Assembly (NCBI GenBank): GCA_012295275.1
Contig: CM022677.1
Coordinates: forward strand, 13,640,001-13,704,000
Direction: 5' to 3'
From: Chrysomallon squamiferum
Lineage: Eukaryota > Animalia > Mollusca
DNA: 64,000 bases
Positions 56,382-64,000 of the stretch are shown here, one piece after another. The position numbers and the translations under genes were made by a program. Position 1 is the first letter of the stretch, and each line of letters begins with the position of its first letter. The notes under the pieces were generated by a model that searched no databases, was not told the DNA's origin, and saw only the letters and a list, made by a program, of their open reading frames with translations.

Positions 56382-57028
56382 GAAGAAGAAAACAAAAAAC
56401 ATTAAGCTTATCCAGCAGAGTAGTTTATATTCACTTCAACATCTTCACCTTTTCCTGTATAGTTTATTTTATTTTTAAAAAAGGATTCAAAATTGTCTCC
56501 GCCTTAGAAACTTGTTTTACATGGTACAGTTTGTAAAACTAATGACGTAATCGAGACTCGCGTGACACGTTTACTATTGAATAAAAAATGACAATTTTAA
56601 ATAAGAACTATTCACTTATTTATATTATACAAAACCAAAGCAGATATCACTCGAAGAAACCCAGAGTGATCTTGACTGCTCGAGATTTTTAGTGTATATG
56701 TTGTATACAAATTCATTGTTTTTACTGAAGAGACAAATCGAAAAAGAAATAAAATAATAAATAAATGTTTTAAGCGAAATAGGAATTTATCAATAATTGA
56801 CTAAGTAATAATAATAAATCAAATAAAGCAGCAAATAATGAAAACAGGCTCTTTATCAACTATTGAATTTAATATTAACTATTAGAATATTTTACCAAAA
56901 CATTTATAGAATTAGCCGATTTCATCTAAATGTAGTAAACCGAATTTAGCTTGACATTGCATATGCGTTAATGGTCTAAGGGAAATAACTCTGTTTAACG
57001 TATTTGTAAAAAGACAAAAAAAATGACA

Positions 57029-57101
<73 letters not shown>

Positions 57102-57478
57102 TACAGCATGACTGGTGTTCATGCTATTGCTTTTAATGTTTGTTTTCATAAACTCAGACAAGATTTGTATTTATATATGTGTGTGTGTGTGTATATATAT
57201 ATATACATATATATTTATAATGATCATGTCAGATTATCTTCTGCTGGTTGACAGACAACAAAAACAGATTTTGATCAATATATACATAATAAAAATAAAA
57301 ACACAGAAAGACTATTCTCATTTTTTTCTTTTTTTTTCTTTGTTTGTTTTAAATTATATGAATTTTAACAATTTCAGCATGGTTTTCCATTTATTGTTTT
57401 TAGATAAGATGCAATGGGTTTGATTTTGCAGATGCCAGGATTTAAAACAGTTGAGAACAAATATTCTATTAAAAATAT

Positions 57479-58495
57479 GGTTGTAGGAAAGAAAGCAACA
57501 GGAAAGAAAGAAACACTACATTTTTACTAAAACCTATTTTAAATAGGTTAAAGGTATTTCAAATTATTTTTTTTGCCAAACAATATTTTTAATGCTTCTT
57601 AAATACTCATCATAAATATGCAGCTCTTTCACCCATTAATTATCATTCCCCAATTGATCATCCATATGTTTCACCATAAATACTATGTCAATCTATATCT
57701 CTACATCTCTCTAACATAAGTCAGTTTCCCAATTAAGTTACCCAATTGAGTTTTAATTGTCATTGACCTATCCAATGGGTTCTTAAAATATCTCAATTAT
57801 CATTTTCTTTAAGAAGCCATTTAAGAAGCCATTCTCTAATTGACCCATTCAAAGGGTAATCCCTTCTCTTTATGTCCTCAGATCTATCCCTTTATCTTAT
57901 CTGCAGATCTATCCCTGTATATGGCTTCCCAGATGGCTTTCAACTTAATTACTCATGATATCAATATAAAAGACGCGAGGGAGCACCATTCCTGAGACTC
58001 ATTAGCGCCATCATTAGAATACATTCCACAAACATATCAATAAAATTACTATGGAGTCAGTAAGGAGGATCAAGAATGTGTTATCATGGCCACATGTATA
58101 CCAAGATAGCTACTAGGAAGAAGAAGATTTGGTGGCGGTACTCCAAGAAAGTCAGTCTTGTTATGTATAAGGGTGCATATACTGTAGACGATTTTATTTA
58201 TATTTTAAATTTCTGAAATGCAATGATGTGTTAATGAATGCGATTTAATTGGATGGGCGGGAAAATCAGTTTACGCAACAACCACAAGACTCCTCCAGTA
58301 GCACAGCACCTTTCTGAGTTCACACCTACAAGATGAGCGGCAGAAGACCGTTGGCCATTATCCAGAGCAATTCCTACTTACGACACTGGACCAGAGGCTG
58401 TTAGCAGGATCATCGCCTTTAGTACAGAACTGGGACTGAGGCGCCTGGTCACTGCGACTGCCAGCTTAGTTCTCCCAGGTTTATGTGCTTACGGT
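57479..58495 (+). mobile_element. FLYWCH-MULE transposase relic, copy C
   Basis: Paralogue of 18697-19714 with a further internal deletion. Confidence 0.75.
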
Positions 58496-60442
58496 ATTGG
58501 TGTAATCCTAACTCTAACACAAACCCTAACCCTAAACCTAAACCCAACCTTGTTCCTAATCCTAATCCACCCTAGCTTATCTTCTAAATGTAATCCTATC
58601 CAAGTCCACAACTTTGATTCTTTCGTTAACGCTGCTGTTAATGACCGTAAAATTATTTTGCACATTATCGTAACATTGATAATAAAATTTAAATAACCCT
58701 CATCCTAACCATAACATACCTTAAACGTATCCCTAACGAAGGGACTGAAGTTAATTCTGATGCTAACGCCATTTCTAACTGTGCTGTCAGGGTGAACTTA
58801 CAGTGGCCTTCAAATGCATGGCCACAACGTCTAAATATCTCATATCTTATTTTCCAAGCGTTCGATTATATGATTTTTTTTATTTTATTTTATTTATTAT
58901 CATTTTTAACTCTGTCTCTTGTTCTTTCATTGTTTCGTTTCTTTTATTCTAATTATATTTGTTTTGTTTAATTCATAATTCCTATAATAGCTTTCTTTCA
59001 CATTTTCTTTTGCATGTTTACTCGTTTATTCCTTTCATTCTCTCATCCGTGTTCCACATCCCGCATTGTAATATTACTCTGTAGGGGAAGTGTACGTATA
59101 CTGATCCTGTGACAGTTCAGAGCCTCTGATTGTTTGAAAGGTGTTTAGCCACAACTGTGTGATACCTCGATCAACATCATGATTATTAAAGATAGCGGAA
59201 AAAAAAAAATAAAAAAAAATAATAATAAAGGATAAATCTTATTTCAGCCATGTATATTAAATGTTTTGCTATTTTTTGTATTTGTATAGTGGTATATAGA
59301 TGCATATATAGGATATTATATATTTCTAGGTTAGGACGCAGTTTCTGCATATGAGGATCGAGGAAGTTCGCCTTCCGAAAAATTAGATGAGTTAAAACAA
59401 AATGTTCCTTTCGTTTCTGTTTCTTGGTAATTTTGTTCATAGAAATGGGTCAACCACCGCTAGGCCTCAGGCTAGATTAGTCTCGATAAACGACGATGTT
59501 TTGAACATACAGAGATTCGTATGTATGCTACGCTTTTTTGTTTTTAATTCGGTAATGTTTTACTGTTGATTATTCAATTTAATAAAAAAAAATATGAAAT
59601 GTATGATGCGAATTCAAATGGATTCTGATGTTTTATTTTGCGCGAATTGTAGCGCGACTCCGATTCGGAGATTCGCGCGACTTTTAAAAGAGAGAGAACG
59701 TCACGTCCTGACTGAAATTCTTACCACGGAATGTTTTTTTCTTTTTCTTCGTCTTCTTTTTATTATTATTATTACTGTTATTACAACTTTTAATGTTTAT
59801 TATTATTATTTTTAAAATCATTATTACTGTTTTTCATTTTCTTCTTCATATCATTATTAACATTTATTTATTTTTGATATTTGCCAGGCCAAATTAAATT
59901 CATCGACGGCATGGATTTTGCAGAAAGCATTTGGAGAAAATGCTTTATACATTTCAAATATTTCAAAATATATATTCTAATTATTATGTGCATTATCATT
60001 TTGTTTGAATTACCTCAAGTTTCAGACTTTATATAAAACTTAAAATAAATGCTCTGAAAATGAAGAAATTAGTGTTTCCCGTCATGACGCTTTTTTCTGC
60101 AGTATAGTTACCACATTCCTTCATAAAATGTGTTAAATACAAAAGCAAAAATATGATGCTATATACATGTTGTTGAATAAAACATTCATTCCTCCTTTTT
60201 CTCATTAACAAATATTATAATCAATAATAGATGAAAATCATTTTCAAAATGTATATAGTAAATTATTATTACTGTTATTGTTGTGTTATTCCTATTTTTA
60301 CTATTAATGTATTATTACTACTATTACTACTACTATTGTTGTTGTTAAGGTTATTATTGATATTAATTGTTATCATCGTCTATGATTAAAATGCATTAAA
60401 AAAATTTTTTTATTATTTTATAATTATTGTGTTATTTTCCAG

Positions 60443-60541
60443 ATGACGCAACATCTTATCAACAGTCTGGTATCAAGAGATGTGTCAGGTCTGTGTTAGA
60501 ATGTTTTCAGAAATCTCTCAACAGTGCCAGGGTATGTTTTA

Positions 60542-60604
<63 letters not shown>

Positions 60605-61341
60605 CACTAGATTGTATACTGAAAGTTAGAAGTTCTACAAATCGTGTTTGAAATTTTTGTCCTGTCTGTTGAGCTTGTTATTGTTAGTGATAACACACAA
60701 CTAATCTGTTTTGTCAAGACTAAAGTTTACTTAGTTGCCTTAAATCTTTACCTAGAGATTATGATTACTTTACTGCAAAGTCAATGAGAGAGAGAGAGAG
60801 AGAGAGTGTATATGTCTGTATGAGAGAGAGAGTGTGTGTATATATATATATGTGTATGTGTGTGAGAGAGAGAGAGTGTATATATATATATATGTATGTG
60901 TGTGAGAGAGTATATATATATATGTGTGTGTGTGTGAGAGAGAGTATATATATGTCTGTGTGAGAGAGAGAGTGTGTATATATATATATATGTATGTGTG
61001 TGTGAGAGAGAGAGAATGTGTATATATATATATGTATATGTGTGAGAGAGAGTATATATGTCTGTGAGAGAGAGAGAGTGTGTATATATATATGTATATG
61101 TATATGTGTGTGAGAGAGTGTGTGTGTGTGTATATATATATGTGTATGAGAGAGAGAGTGTGTATATATATATGTGTATGTGTGTGAGACAGAGTATATA
61201 TGTCTGTGTGAGAGAGAGTGTATATATTTCTCTGTGAGAGAGAGAGTATATATGTCTGTGTGAGAGAGAGTGTGTGTATATATATATATATATGTGTGTG
61301 TGAGAGAGATATATATATATATGTCTGAGAGAGAGTGTATG

Positions 61342-61377
<36 letters not shown>

Positions 61378-61390
61378 AGAGAGTGTATAT

Positions 61391-61427
<37 letters not shown>

Positions 61428-61437
61428 AGAGAGAGTG

Positions 61438-61474
<37 letters not shown>

Positions 61475-61732
61475 GTGTGTGTCTGAGAGAGAGATATATA
61501 TATATGTATGTGTGAGAGAGAGAGTGTGTGTATATATATATATATGTATGTGTGTGTGAGAGAGAGAGTGTGTGTATATATATATGTGTGTGTGTGAGAG
61601 AGTATATATATGTCTGTGAGAGAGAGTGTGTGTGTATATATATATATATATGTATGTGTGTGAGAGAGAGAGAGTGTGTGTATATATATATGTGTGTGTG
61701 TGTGAGAGAGTATATATATGTCTGTTTGAGAG

Positions 61733-61783
<51 letters not shown>

Positions 61784-61929
61784 GTGAGAGAGAGTATATA
61801 TATATATATGTCTGTGTGAGAGAGAGAGTGTGTATATATATATATATATGTATATGTGTGAGAGAGAGTATATATATATGTCTGTGAGAGAGAGAGTGTG
61901 TATATATATATATGTGTGTGTGTGAGTGT

Positions 61930-61970
<41 letters not shown>

Positions 61971-61989
61971 TGTGTGTGTGTTTGTGAGA

Positions 61990-62082
<93 letters not shown>

Positions 62083-63300
62083 GCTGTATGTGTGTGTACC
62101 TGTGTCTTGGCTAATTTCCTACATAAATAAAAATAACTGAAATATCAACAAATGATAATAAGCAGAAAAAATGTGTTTGTCGAACAAATGTAGATTGATA
62201 AAAAAAGATCATGTTTTTATTAAAATTACTAAACTTTATACTTACTACTGATATTAAATATTTTCTGTAGGTCAATTCAGTTTTACTGAGGTGCTGTCTA
62301 GAAAGGTAACTTACATCATGGAGAAGGATGAATCAGCTATTACAGAAACCATTCTCATGCATTCTGAATTGTGAGTTTATTTTAATTTGTGTCTTAGAGA
62401 CAAATTTTAATTAACAAAACAGTGTAATAATAATCAGTTATTTGCTGTTTTGTTAATTGTTATTTTTATTATTATATTAACATTATCATTATAATGCTTT
62501 ACTTGGTGACATGGGAATTCCCCTAATTGTAAATCTGTGTCTGTCTCGGGCAGGTTCTACCCAAGTTGGTTTGCTCTTCTGGTCAATATTGGATCTATGT
62601 ATGCTATATATTATAACACTAGAACAGAACAAACACAAGCACTTTTAAAAACAGTATTCACATAACATTGAACGTTCAACAGTAAAGACTAATATAGATG
62701 AATAGAAATGTTGTCATCTGTCACATCAATCACATATGGGTTAATACAATGAAACCAGCAAATGTATAAATAACTAGTTACCAGGTGTGTTTAGGGGACA
62801 GCGATGGTTCCACATTTCTCTCCTAACAAAAGAATCTCCAGGCTTTTATAAGAAAAAAAGGGACTTGTTTAATTTGGCAACTTTGAACTTTGCCGCTAGA
62901 TGTCTGTCGCCAGATCATTCTGCAAACCAAGAACCTGTAACACTGAGGCATTTTGTTGATTTGGCAGACAGAATCAGTAGTCAGGATACATGACTTTTAC
63001 AGGTGGAAAATTCTTCCCTCACACTTGGTAACATTATTTATTAAAGGGACAAGCTAGGCGAAAAACCAAATCCGTTATCTTTCAGGTTATAGAACTGAAA
63101 AATGTGATTATTTTATGGTATATTTCTATATGTTAAAACATATTTTATGAGTATTTTAAAATGTTTGACTTTCCTGTTACCAGATGGAACTGTCAGCCTT
63201 CACACAGTGTCACTGTTCCTGTGAGGACAGACACACTAAAATACATTGGAGACGGATGTACTGTAGCTGTTGTCTGTAGTTTCTACTGTCTGCAGTCTCT
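60443..63300 (+). pseudogene. Plus-strand gene remnant, copy C (best preserved)
   Basis: Exon-like 60443-60531, 62271-62370 (QFSFTEVLSRKVTYIMEKDESAITETILMHSE), 62785-63027 (243 nt, one in-frame TGA at 62991-62993), and 63184 onward. Confidence 0.55.
60786..62079. repeat. ~1.3 kb compound (GA)/(GT)/(TA) microsatellite
   Basis: Cyclic gagagagagt-gtgt-atatatat-gt(c)tgtgt blocks. Confidence 0.95.
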
Positions 63301-63501
63301 CATATAATTTTCATGGTTTGTTTAATATCTTTTGGCACTATTTTTGTAAATAAAATAATATATCAGATGGTAACTTTAAAATTTAGCATTAAATTTATGA
63401 ATATTAATATCTAGTAAGACAGATGGGTTGTTTTTAAATTTTATATTTCATAATTGACAAATTCTTATTTTATTATTAGGTCAGGCTTTCTGTTCGGGCT
63501 C

Positions 63502-63587
<86 letters not shown>

Positions 63588-64000
63588 GTTATTAAATATG
63601 TATTGCCTCATTGTTAAGCGAGATAATAATATATTTTAATACGGGACGGGCACGGTCCTTAAATACGAATAACAGCTAATGAAAAACGAAAACGAATAAT
63701 GAGGAGTACACCAATAACGTTATGAACAACGCCGGTACGACGGCAACGACGTCGACATTAACAGAAATTACAGTAATATATTTTAATAGGTGATGCGCCG
63801 ACTCAGAAAGTTTGAGAAAAAATTAATAAAAAGCGCTGTTTTTAAAACATCGTTCTTTTTCATTTATATTTTTATATTTGCACTTTTTGTTCGTGCGGTT
63901 GTTTCTCCTATTTTATTTGTATTGGATGTGTTGTGTGTGTGTATGCGTGAGCGCGTGTGTGTGTTAGTGAGTGAAAGTGTGTGTGTGTTGTGTGCTTGAG

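Noticed and set aside
61335-61887. Cys/Val/Tyr/Ile-rich ORFs (similar ER-, LS-, N- and I-repeat ORFs occur elsewhere)
   Set aside because: Dinucleotide and trinucleotide microsatellite translations.

Overview
AT-rich, microsatellite-dense eukaryotic (animal, probably invertebrate) genomic DNA with two fixed-length 200-N scaffold gaps (12955-13154, 33635-33834). The only intact, recognisable protein-coding sequence is an uninterrupted 503-aa collagen-type prolyl 4-hydroxylase alpha subunit ORF (46578-48089, minus). It keeps the HxD...H...K core but diverges at accessory catalytic and substrate-binding positions. Most of the rest is duplicated DNA. (i) There are three direct copies of an ~11-12 kb segment (A ~1-10700, B ~13155-25320, C ~53050-63920). 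Each carries a decayed, head-to-head pair of multi-exon gene remnants and a FLYWCH-MULE transposase relic. (ii) An ~19 kb inverted duplication (arms ~25440-33634 and ~38389-44315) has a nearly identical inner ~4 kb and a clearly diverged outer part. The identity step falls inside a hAT (Buster/Charlie-type) element whose right-arm copy has mismatched target-site flanks. The arms also hold a 216-bp Tc1/mariner-type MITE with its empty paralogous site and two satellites sharing an AAGGGAGATAACTCT core. Alignments were done by eye, so boundaries marked ~ are approximate. Duplications next to gaps could partly be assembly artefacts. Most short ORFs in the track are microsatellite artefacts.
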